A stretch of 64,000 nucleotides of DNA from positions 18,918,125-18,982,124 of the forward strand of contig CAVNZM010000001.1 of assembly GCA_963693365.1 (NCBI GenBank). The letters run 5' to 3'. Below are positions 1 through 35,980 of this stretch, one piece after another. The notes beneath the pieces were generated by a model. It ran no database searches and had not been told where the DNA came from. It worked only from the letters and a program-made list of their open reading frames with translations. The position numbers and the translations under genes were made by a program. Every line of letters begins with the position of its first letter. Positions within the stretch are counted from its first letter, which is position 1. The stretch is from Amoebidium appalachense. Its lineage: Eukaryota > Protista > Ichthyosporea.

Positions 1-22884
<22,884 letters not shown>

Positions 22885-23500
22885 GGCGTCTGCCTCTCGG
22901 CCGGCCATTCTTTTAGCCACGAAAATGCCCAAATAGAGTGGATGTTCTCCCTCGTGAGTTGAGATGTAGAAGTGGTAGTGTTTTGAAAGGCGACCACCTG
23001 GGCAGAGACCTGGCTACCGTGTATATGCAGAGCTTTTGTCCAAGCTAGTAGTTGAAGCTACTGCATGCTAAACACAACCGTATTCACCACTTGTAAGGCA
23101 CATCCCCAGTCTTCAAAGTCACCCTTTGTGCTTTCTCCGTCTCGCTCTCTCCCTCTCTGTTCGTATGCAGATGCATGTGCACTTGTGTCCCGCGGCGCAG
23201 CTCGGAGAGTTTTGCCGCCAAAATCCCTGTACTATTTTTAGCATATGCACGATTACGTGATCGATCTCAGGGAAGCGCTAATGTGTAAACCCCGCTGCGC
23301 TACGTGTTTGTAGGTGCAGACAAGTGGGTCGGGGGGTTGGGTGGGTAGCTGGTTGTTGCTGTTGTCGTCGGGTGGGGCCTCCGGGGGCCCGAAAGGAGGA
23401 GGAGGAGGGGGAGGGGGGGGGGGGGGGGGGGTAGGCAAGGGTAGGCAGGGATCCGGATTCGATCAGTGTTCCAGAATGTCACGTGACCTCTACTCCACTT
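22885..23500. promoter_or_regulatory. Upstream/promoter region of Nup160 with palindromic E-box GTCACGTGAC (23478-23487)
   Basis: Lies between the Nup160 ATG and the divergent OTU gene; the USF/TFE-type palindrome is seen directly. Confidence 0.35.
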
Positions 23501-23528
23501 AATGTAAAGTAATCAGCATTTCAGTCTC

Positions 23529-23596
<68 letters not shown>

Positions 23597-23689
23597 GCTC
23601 TCGCTCTCACTCTCCCTCTCCCTCTCTTTGCCCCTCTCTCTATCCCCTCCAGGTTTTTTTTGGTTTTTTTTTTTTGGTGAGTGGGTAGG

Positions 23690-23728
<39 letters not shown>

Positions 23729-23824
23729 CGACCTTCTTCATTCCGAGGAGATGAAAAGGAGTCTCGGGAGGGAGGAGGAAGCAGGACATGTTGGTGCTAC
23801 CCTCAATTCCCAAGCTCCTAGGGT

Positions 23825-24095
23825 GTGACGTAATATTTGGCACGAAATTTATTTGGCACGAGCCTGCAAAACGGTGAAAATGGGGCAGGATGTCGCCCAG
23901 GCACCGACAGGAGCTTGGGGATACCCCTGGATGTGCTCCGCTAGCGGGCTGGTGCCAAATAAATTCGTGCCACATTTTACGTCACCAGGTTCGTGCCAAA
24001 TTATTTGGTGCCAAATTTATTTGGGGCATAAATGGGTCGGTTCGAACTATTATGGGTCGAATCAGCTCGAATCGTTCCTGACCCGTTTTCTGACC
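23825..24095. mobile_element. Inverted-repeat element or transposon end with reiterated tttggcac/gtgccaaa motifs
   Basis: ~43-bp arms gtgacgtaatatttggcacgaaatttatttggcacgagcctgc (23825-23867) and their complement (23944-23985), followed by more gtgccaaa and tgacccgtttt repeats. Confidence 0.7.
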
Positions 24096-24099
24096 CGTT

Positions 24100-25263
24100 T
24101 TTGTGGCTCATCGTTGGTGGCGTCTGATTCGAGGAATAAACTCGAAAGGCGGGCTAAGCAAGACCACGTCAACCACGTGCAGGTGGTGGCGTACTTGAAC
24201 GGGCAGTCACAGCCTGGACTGGCAGTTGACAGGTGTGACACAGCGCTAGCATCCTTATCATATTGCAGTAGGCTCATATAAAAATAATAAAAACAGACAA
24301 CACCCTTTAATGCTCGATCATAACTGACAGTACATATTTTGTGTGAGCATGGGTTACAAACATGCTCGCGTCCGCATTGGACGTGGGCAAGGCCATTGGG
24401 CTTTGCTGAGGATTCTCGTTCATGTTATCCTCGCCTTTTGTCTTTTGGCTGCAGCGGGTTCAACAAACAACCCAGATGGGGTGAACAAAAAAGTCATTAA
24501 GGAAAACAAATCTTGGTCTAAAGATCATGCCAAGCTGGAACAGCCATTCGTTGCACGGTACATTGATTATTGCATAGCGGATCATGAGGACTCTGTCGAA
24601 GCTGGCACGTGCCCTCCCCAGCCCTTCCTCAGGGAATGGGTGTGGCATCAAACCCGTCATGGCGGCCGGATAGATGCATCTACAGCGGAGGGAGTCCATC
24701 AGGTGATCTCCCCCTTCCCCCCCCCCCCCCCCTCCCCCCCCCTCTCTCCCCACCACCCCCTGCCTCTTTTCCACTTTTTCTCTCCCCTCCCCTGTCTCTC
24801 TGTTCTGGGCCTTACAGGTGGTTCCTCCGTTTTAGAAGTTGTTTTTTATGTAATACGTTAGGTGTGTCCTTTTGCATCTTGTGGATACCAATGCCTTCAC
24901 CGCTCAGGCCTTCCCTTGCACTTAATCTTATGGACCTTTGTGCCTCTCCCATGATCTGTTTGGCATGGCATGCTGCCTTTTCTGCTTTGGCTTGCCTCTT
25001 ATATGTTGCTATCACCCGATAGGGTATGTGTGGCAACGTGTTCCATATGTTTTGTGTGACCATTCTGTGCAGTGTACCCACTTAAAGCCCACTCCTCCGC
25101 TTTTCCCCCTTCCCTCCCTTCCCCTTTAAGCATACAATTAGTCAAGAGGCAGTACAGGATAGTGGGTAGAGAGTTTCTGTGTGTCACGGTGTATGCCTGT
25201 GGGTGTGTGCTTGTCTGTGTGTGTATGTGCCTGTGTGTGTGTAGTGAGTGTGTGTGTGTGTTG

Positions 25264-25308
<45 letters not shown>

Positions 25309-25726
25309 CGTTTGTGTGTGTAATGTGGGTGGGTGGGTGGGTGGGTACAGAGAAGGGGAGAGGGGGGGGGGGGGGGGGGGCGTGTATGTGTGTGCCTGTG
25401 TGTGTATGTTAAAGACAGGGGAGGGGGGAAGGGGGAGAGGTCAGGGTAGGGAGAAAGGGAGGGAAGGATGGGTGGGTGGGAGGGTTGGAGGGAAGGAGGG
25501 AGGGGGAGAAAGGGTAGAGGGAGGGATGGCGGAAAAGACAGAAAGAGAGGGGCAAAGAGAGGAGGGCAGTCGGTAAAGAGGAAGGGCGGGAGGGTGGGAC
25601 GGAGAGGGAGAAGGGGGAAGTGGAGAATTAGGGCAGGGGGGGGGGCCGAGAGCAAGAGGGGGGGTGGGGAGGGTGTGGGCGGTGTGTGTGTGTGTATGTG
25701 TGTGTGTATGTATGTTGTGTGTGTGT

Positions 25727-25770
<44 letters not shown>

Positions 25771-26674
25771 GGATGGGGGATTCGGTTGGGAGTGGGTTCT
25801 TTATAGACCTGGCAACCATTGACCAGCTATTCTCTCACCCTGTCTTTGTGTTCACTCTGCAGCTTATGGCAATAATGGCAACCGTTCCTTGCCTGAGTGT
25901 GGTATGGAGGTTGGGTCTTTCGACAGTGATGGCTCTGACGATGACGATGAGGGGTCAAGTGACGAGAGCCCCGGTTCATTCAACGTGTCAACATGTGTGC
26001 GCCTAGCAGGCCGCAAGCTTAACGCCCGGCGTGCGATGCGCAAGCTGATTGGGTCTGTGCACAGCTCCGAAGGGTTTGCTTTAGCAGCACAGGACCCGGA
26101 TCATCTGCTCTTCACTCTAGTGTTCTTTGACGAGGCCGTGGCAGCAGACATACAGCTTGCCAGGTGCTTCCTGCCGAACCCCCCCCCCCCCCCCCCCCCC
26201 CCTTCCCCTCCAACGCCCCCCGCTCCTCCCTCTCGCCTCTCCCCCCTTTCCCTGCAGGGCCTCCTCCCCTTTCCCCCATCCCCCTTTCCCCTCCCCCCCT
26301 CCCCCCCCCCCCCGCCCCCTTTTCTGCATCCCCCTCCCCCTCTCCTCCTTCCCACAATTCTTCCTCCCAACTGCTCCACCTCCTTACTTCCTTGCACGTA
26401 TCAATCCATCTCTCCTTCCAACCCAAGTGACACCAGTTTTTTGTCAGACAACCTGCCTCCCCAGGCCCACTTATTATGCCTGTCCTGTTCCCCTCCCCCC
26501 CCCCCTCTCCCCCCTCAGGAGGGCCTCTGCCCATTCGTCCCTCCTTTTCAAGTCCTCCATTACCTCTTACCTCCCCTAATTCTCATTATTCTCTAATAGT
26601 ATACCTATATCTTCCATCCTACCTTTTTGGAAGCTCCCTGCTTCTCTTCCACCTATTTGAAAGCATCTGCATCT

Positions 26675-26711
<37 letters not shown>

Positions 26712-27057
26712 TTCATAGCCCCTCCTTCATCAGTACTCCCTTACACCTGCCCGGCCCCCTTCAGAGTGCCTAACCCCCTCCCCCCCCACACACACACCCC
26801 TCCCCTTTCACACACCTGCACACACGAACGCACCCATGCATGCACGCATGCACCCTCCCTCGCAGCCACGAGCGCACACACTCTTATTCACTTATAGAAT
26901 TGTTAATAATCTAATGCCCCCCCCCCCCCCCCCCCCCCACCCCCCCCCCCCCCAACCCCAACCCACCCACACACGCACACACACACACACGCCAAGGTTT
27001 CCCTTGTTCTGCTCCTCGGCCTTTCCGCCTTCCCCATAATCTGTCTTTCTCTCTCTT

Positions 27058-27092
<35 letters not shown>

Positions 27093-28536
27093 CCCACCCC
27101 ACTGTCACCCACCCCACCACCACTGCCCTACGTCACCCTCCCACTTCTTGTCTTTGCTTATTCTTCCTTGTGATGTGCAACACAGGGACATATCCGGGCC
27201 ACCTGAGGTCCAGCAACAACGCCTTCTTCAAATTCTGGGTGCCTGGAGAATGGAGCTTATGGAAACACCCGCTGACGGCAACTGTTTGTTTCATTCGGTG
27301 TGGCATTATATCAATCAGTATCTACAAAGCGGTCATGTAGCTACCCGTGAACACCTCAACACATTGGGGTTTACAGCTAATATGGAGCCTATAGAGGCGA
27401 TTGGACGGCTACGCGAACTAATGGTAAACGAATGGCGGCGAAATCTAGCAGAATACCAAGGATTCCTTTCAAGGGTGACCCTCGCATACGTAGCTGATGA
27501 TTTCCGCTGTCCTCGGCGCGCCCATTTTGCTTCTGCAGCCGGTGACGCGATGGTGCTGGGCTTAGCCAACGCACTCCGCATACCAATAACCATTTTTAGC
27601 ACGATTGCCAATCACGGTGTAGTTGCGGTCACTCCACCCACCGTCATCGAACCCAACATTGCCATACCCGTATCACTTAACGGTGCAGCAGATCATTACT
27701 CAGTGGTAATACCTCGCTTGTCGCATGCGAACAAAATCTCGGACAACAACCAAACACAGACATCACACTCAGTTGACACGGAAAACTCGACGGAGTTGGC
27801 GTCTAACGCTAACACAACTGACACGTTCGGTGGGTTGCCCGCCAAGGGCTGCAGCTGTAATAGAAACAGTAAGGATAGAACACGTTTTTTTTGTGGTTTT
27901 AAGAACGGCGGGGGAAAAGTGCAGGCATACGATGGGCATGAGCGTTGCATATGCGCAAAGAACAAGCGGGCATGCACCCAGGCATGCAGGTGTGAGAATT
28001 GTGGCAACAGGTGAGCCGTATGATATGCATTTGCTACTTTTCTTCTTTTGCATCCTCTATTTGCCCACACTTGGTACTTTATAATCGAAACCTTAACTTG
28101 GCCAAATCCAGGTATTTCTGCTTGTCCCTCTCTTTATTCCCCCCCCCCCCCCCCCCCCTTTCCCCCTCTCTCCCCCCCCCCGAGGGGAATAGGTCGAAAC
28201 TCGGGTACTGTGGATGACGTGGGCCCCCCCTGAGGATGGGCTCTGCTTATTATGCATACTCTTTATGTATGGCTTGCATTCTGCATCGTGTTATCCGTTT
28301 GTTCTTGTGTACTTCGTACTTTTTGACGCATTCAAAACCCCCCCCCCCCCCCGGGAGGGGGAAAGAAAAGCCCCCTCTCCCAATCCCCTCCCCCTCCTGT
28401 ATCCGTCGTTTCATGATGTCTAACCCCTCCTCCTCCCCCCCCACCTTCCCCACTGCTCACCACCTGCACACCCGCACACCATACACAAACTTAAACACAC
28501 ACACGCATGCACGTGTGCACGCACACACACAGCCCC

Positions 28537-28572
<36 letters not shown>

Positions 28573-29754
28573 ACACACACACACACACACACACAATGCA
28601 TCCGCGCATCATGGTCCATGCATACACGTGTGTGGATAGATGCACAGGTGCACGAATCCACGCACGCACGCACCCACAGAGCACGTGTGCGCACGCACAC
28701 ACAAACACACATGTGTACACGTGCACGCGCATTCACACGCACACACAAACGCACATACACATGCAGTCATGGACAGCGGCCAGAGCCAAACCGTCCAGGT
28801 CGCCCGTCTACCATGCAGCTGCATTTATCCGGCGAAGGGGGGAACCTTTCCCTGAGAAGTGGTGATGGGTCCAACACCACCCATACGGCCAACACAACAG
28901 CCACCAGGGGCAAGGCCACTGCCACGGTTCCAACGCAAAGGCGGCGCGCACGATTCACGCAAACACGAACCACAGATCAGAATGGTTTGGAGTATTATGT
29001 GTCTGTGGGCGAGGAGGTACGTTCGGGTAGATGGTCGGATGCGGAGACCGCGTTGATTGAAAGTATTGTTATTTCGCTTGCGGAACAAAAGTTGCCGGCA
29101 ACAGAGGAGGACATATTTGCACATTACCATGCAGCATTGGAGGGCAACGAGGAGGGTGTGGGGCTGGATGCCATCCTTTCCAAAACATTGAAACAAATCA
29201 AGTCAAAAATAGAACACATTGAGAAGGAAAGACGTTTGCGTAGTCAGGTGGCCGCCGAGGTGAGGGAGGAAATCGCGAGGGCTAAGGAAGCCGCTGCTAG
29301 GACAGTTACGGAGAAAGCAAGCGAGAGAGCACGAAACACGAAACGTGGGCTGAAGTCACAGAGTAATTCACAGACTGCCCCGTCAAAGAAGGCCAAGCCC
29401 AGCGGCCTTTCACGTGCAAGCACCAACACAGGTGTTGCCCCTCAGGAGCATGATCCCACCAGTTCGTCAACCGATTCGGCGGATGAATTCCAAAGCACCC
29501 AACAGTCTGGGGTGATTCCCCCTAGCCAGCACCCGCACCATCCGCAAGCGTTCCACCCCAGTTATTATCACACATACCCGAGCACGATAGCCAGTGCACA
29601 ATGTAGCGTCTGTCAACTGACTTTAGCAATCCCTCCCCATCTGTGTCATACTTACATGCAATGCTGTAGGTGCAAGGCCATGTTGTATGCTCTGGTCACC
29701 GCTTTTGGCATCCGCCTGCTCAGTTTTAGTGTCACGGATAATAGGTGGAAGTGA
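24100..29754 (+). CDS. Spliced, probably transposon-derived gene: degenerate transposase C-terminal fragment + OTU cysteine protease + CXC-like Cys cluster + Myb/SANT-like helix + zinc ribbon
   Basis: Exons ~24100-24267, 24455-24702, (one unresolved phase 0->1 exon), 25863-26163, 27186-28010, 28767-29754; the last three join in phase. OTU motifs PADGNCLFHSV and ADHYSVV; CSC..C..CIC..C...CRCENCGN; GRWSDAETALIESIV; CSVC-x-CCRC. The start codon was not identified. Confidence 0.7.
27186..28010 (+). CDS. OTU-family deubiquitinase domain followed by a CXC/tesmin-like cysteine cluster (825-nt exon)
   Basis: Catalytic D-G-N-C motif (ETPADGNCLFHSVW), LRELMVNEW helix, LANALRIPITIFS strand and His motif DHYSVV; exon is bounded by CACAG and GTGAGC. 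Confidence 0.9.
28181..28337 (+). repeat. Dispersed repeat copy (3' end of the same element) in an intron of the OTU gene
   Basis: Near-identical to the reverse complement of 12583-12738; poly(C) on both sides. Confidence 0.92.
28767..29754 (+). CDS. Terminal exon of the OTU gene: Myb/SANT-like segment, coiled coil, basic NLS-like PSKKAKP, C-terminal CxxC..CxxC ribbon
   Basis: 988-nt complex-sequence open frame. The acceptor at 28765-28766 joins in phase 2 to give CENCGNSHGQRP. Confidence 0.75.
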
Positions 29755-30289
29755 GCCAATCCCTCCACGTAGTTTTTTATTTTTCTAATTGTTATTGTGG
29801 CTGCCAGCTGCTTTGGGGTCAGGTGGCAAACGTAGGGCATGTCTAGTAGGTTCGATTAGTATGGGATTTGGCATCATGATGCCAAGACTTAGTCAATACA
29901 GTAACTTAAGAATCAGTTTGTTAGGTGTTAGTTGTAACATTTAACTTCCAGTAATGTTCAGCATGTCAGAGTGGTAGTTTATGATTGTAATGTTACTTAC
30001 AGTTTAACTGTAATGTCACGGTGTATGTAGAGTATGCTGTCACATTCAATGCACACACACGGCACACACACATGAACATGCACACACGCAACCACATACA
30101 CGTCAAGCACACACTACGTATACATCCATGCATGCGACATTCGCCTTTTTAATACCTATGATATCATTACGTAGTCAAAATACCATAATAATAATGTGTA
30201 GAAGTGATTGCAGGTCACTTTCACATGCTGCAGCTGTTTTATTAATAATGACACCGTAAATTAATGGCAAGCACACTGCAGACTCGGAT

Positions 30290-30335
<46 letters not shown>

Positions 30336-31209
30336 AAACCCCCCCCCCCCCCCCCCCCCCCCCCCCTTCCCACCTCGAAATTTTTGGGCGGGGGCGGGGG
30401 GCGGGGGCGGGGGGCGGGGGCGGGGGGGGGGGGGGGGGGGGGGGGGGGGGAGGCTTGGGGAAACGAGGGTGCAACCGACATGTTGGTCTGAGGTCGAATA
30501 TCACCTATTCACCCATATATGTTATCCAACGGTTTTGCGCGGAGCGTTACTAAAAAAAGTTATTCTTCGGACTTTTTTTTTCGTGATTGGTTGCTGCTCG
30601 ACATCCAATCAAACTTGATGGCGAATTGGCGATCCCTTCATATCATCAGCGCATGCATTCCAGAATCAGATCTAAGATGCTACCCTGGTCTGGGCGCCGG
30701 CAGCGCCACACGTACACGCATACATGTATTTTCTAAAGCGCTCTTTTCAACTTGTTACATCTCCCTTCAGCCACTACTTCCTCCCTCCCTCCCCCTTCCC
30801 CCCCCCCCCCCCCCCCCCCCACCCTCCCCCCTTTCTCCCCCCCCTTCTCCTCCTTCTCCTCGTCCCTCCCCCCACCCCCCGCCCCCTTCAGTATTTTAGG
30901 GTGGATCCGTACACTACTACGTACGTTATGATCGACCTACTCAGGGCTCGGTGCACACATTCATAAATCACATGCCGTACGTACACATGCAGTGACTGCA
31001 GACGTGCACATGCACACTGTGCCGTATGTATGCAAAAGCAACTGCCTCCCTCCCTCCCCCCCCCCCCTTCTGCGGATCCCCCCCCCCCCCCCCCCCCCCC
31101 CTTTCACACGGACCCACCTAGACACACGTACGTGCACACGTGTGTACACGCGTCTGCCAGCTGTGTCTGTTATTTCTCAACGTATTAGCTCATGCTCTTC
31201 TGGACCCCC

Positions 31210-31525
31210 GCCTGTATATACCTTGTGCCTGTAACTATCATCTGTACCTTCCGTTCGTAACTACCTCGTGTTTGTAACGATCGTCTGGAAGTTCCGTCCG
31301 TAACTATCTTGTGTCTGTACCTTCCGTCTGCCACGCTTCTATCTCGTGCCTGTATATAAAACTAAAAAAAGTAGGAATATACCTTGTGTCTGTAACTAAA
31401 TTATCGTCTGTACCTTCCGTCTGAAGTTATCGATCTTGTGTCTGTGCCGTGGCTTTCGTCTGTAACTTCCGTCGTGACTATCTTCTCTATTTATGTCTCG
31501 CTCGTGTCTGTAATTTTCGTGTGTA
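31210..31525. repeat. Degenerate minisatellite of 13-17-bp units (gtaactatcttgtgtct / gtaccttccgtct)
   Basis: Recurrent tgtaacta, cttgtgtctgt and cttccgt words over ~300 bp. Confidence 0.8.
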
Positions 31526-31574
31526 AGTAATAAGAATTTAATATAATAATAATTCACGTGTGTGTTACGCATGA

Positions 31575-33428
<1,854 letters not shown>

Positions 33429-33545
33429 GGAGGGGAGGGGGGACGGAGGGGAGAGGGGGGGAGGAGGGGCGAGGGGAGGGGGGGGGAGGGGGGAGGAGGG
33501 GAGGGGGGACGGAGGGGAGAGTGGGGGAGGAGGGGCAAGGGGAGG

Positions 33546-33579
<34 letters not shown>

Positions 33580-34353
33580 GACAAATACCCCACGCCAACC
33601 CACACCAACGCAGCCAGCCCAAAAAGTAAATGCCAACGTGGCACCACATATGCAGACACACAGCAGCCACCACCACATAACACAACTTGGGATACAACTT
33701 CATCCCATCACTCCAAACCACATGCACACTGTCAGCACCACCACATCACGATAAGACCCCCCCCCCCCCCCCCCCGAGCCTAGGTAAATTCCATTTACCG
33801 ACCCCCACCAAATAAAATGGTGGCAAATAACCGCCCCGCAACTTTGTTTTTTTGGTGAATTAAAAACACTTGTAGAAAGCCCAATCGTTGACACGTCAAT
33901 CTGTTTGACAGGCGCTAAGGTTATAGATATGGTCTCCTGGGACCGGTACCCAAGAATAAATGTGCGGTGGTGCTGAAGGCGCGAGACCATAAAAAAAGGG
34001 GGGAGAAAAAAAAAAAAAGGAAAAAAAAAAAGGAAAAAAGAAAAAATGGGTTTGGGGGAGCGGGGAGGGGGGAGGGGGGGGGGGGGGGGGGGGGTTACAT
34101 ATTGACCGTGTGCTGCAGAATAAGAAGTAACAAATGATTAAAACCATAACAGACGGCACATTACAGCGTTTGCACAAAGAAAAAATAAAGGGTGGCGGGG
34201 GGGGGGGGGGGGGGGGGGTTGCATTAAGTGTGAAAAATATGGGGGGAGGGGAGGGGAGGCGGGAAAGGTGGAGGCCGGGGAGGGGGGAGGGGGGGGAGGC
34301 CCTGACACAGAGTATGCGTCACCAGAGTAAGAAGTGTGTTTGTGTGTGTGTGT

Positions 34354-34393
<40 letters not shown>

Positions 34394-34902
34394 TTCTTTT
34401 TCCTGGGTGGGGGAGTGAAGGAAAGAATGCCATGCGAGATAGTGATTGTACAACAGTGCAGAAATCATTGGCACCAACATGCACTCTACGTGCCACAGTG
34501 TACCGATAAGTTGAAAGTATGTAGATGTGCATGTGCTCAATTTATTCTCATGATCTTGTTGCTTAAATACTGAGACAAGCTACTAGATGATAATGTGAAA
34601 CCTAGCAGCGGGTTTTCTGTACAAGAGAGCAAGCGCTACTCCAATTATCGACCACATGTAGGTCTTGGCGCACACAAACTTTCAAAGGAAGCTTCGTATT
34701 GAAAAATCCTTTCGTGTACAGTGTGACTATAACTACTGTGATATACGAGGTTAAAATTTCCCATACTGCCACTGATAATACAGCCTGAGGAAGAATTGAT
34801 TGCAAACGGAACGTTATCCGCAACCCGTATAACTTTAAAAAACAGCTCTACCAAGACATGAGATACACCCCTTGTAGATAGTTACAGTATGTACACTCAA
34901 CA

Positions 34903-35940
34903 TTAACGCCTATCAACCCGCTTGTTGCTACGGCAATCCTCACTAACCACCACCAAACGTTTTGCCTGTGCCGCTGCCCTGTCTCTCTCGCTCTGCTCCT
35001 TCCTCCTGCGGATCTTCTGTTGTGTTTTGGGGTTGGATTTCGATTTCATATACGAATACTCCAAGCGCATACCGGCAACGAATTTCAAGTTCACGCATTC
35101 ATCAAACTGGTGACCGTCATGATCTGTTGCAGGTTTCGGCTGGGGTGATTTTACCCTTAAGTTTTCCTCACGCCCGGGTTTAGGGAGTAGCCGAGGTGCT
35201 GTGGTGGAGTGTGCTTGCTTAACGGCCTGTGAAAACGGCACCAGCCCGGGAAGTACTGGTTCAAATCTCTCCTTCGGAACCTCATAGGTATACTCGACGT
35301 GTGCAGGATTGAGCTCCTCCAAATCGATAGAATCCACCACGCTTATGTGTAGAACCACACAGTCGGTGTCTTTTGCAGGGGCATTTGATTCTTCGTCGTC
35401 CGTTTCACTTATAGAAAATGTAGGTGGCAGGAAGGCAGAGAGTGTCAGTTCGGGAATATGGTCACAGAGTTCCGTGGCAACTACATCATCCACATACTTG
35501 GCCACCATTGCCCGTGCCACATCACTCTCTGACGCCGCAAGAAAGTCGCGCTCATCATCACCGTTCTCATCCGGGGTAAATTCAGTCTTTGGGCAGGCCA
35601 TGATGGTGTGGCCGAACGCACGGCACGTAGAGCAATACGGAGAGACACATGTGCGTGCACGGTGCCCGAATGTGTTGCATCTGACACAGCGAGCAGCTGT
35701 GCACTGGTCTGATGTGTGCCCTGTTACATGCCCGATACGATGGCATTTGTCGCACTTGGGTGTGTGGCAGGCGGATGCAACATGACCCTTGGTCTGGCAC
35801 CTGTGGTGTTTGAAGCCGTGTGAGCTTTGCGAGTGACCCAAGCAGGTAGGTGGGTTGGTGTGCTCGTGCACGTGTGCGTGTATGGTTGCACTACGGTGCG
35901 TATAGACGTGTGCAACGTCGTCTGTGTGTGTGTGTATGTG

Positions 35941-35980
<40 letters not shown>

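Noticed and set aside
23445-23470. tRNA T-loop/B-box-like GATCGAATCC on the minus strand
   Set aside because: No cloverleaf or A-box can be built around it
24343-24454. Signal peptide-like stretch (LLRILVHVILAFCLLAAA) at the start of ORF 24343-24861
   Set aside because: Better explained as the pyrimidine tract and acceptor of intron 24268-24454, which joins the upstream exon in phase
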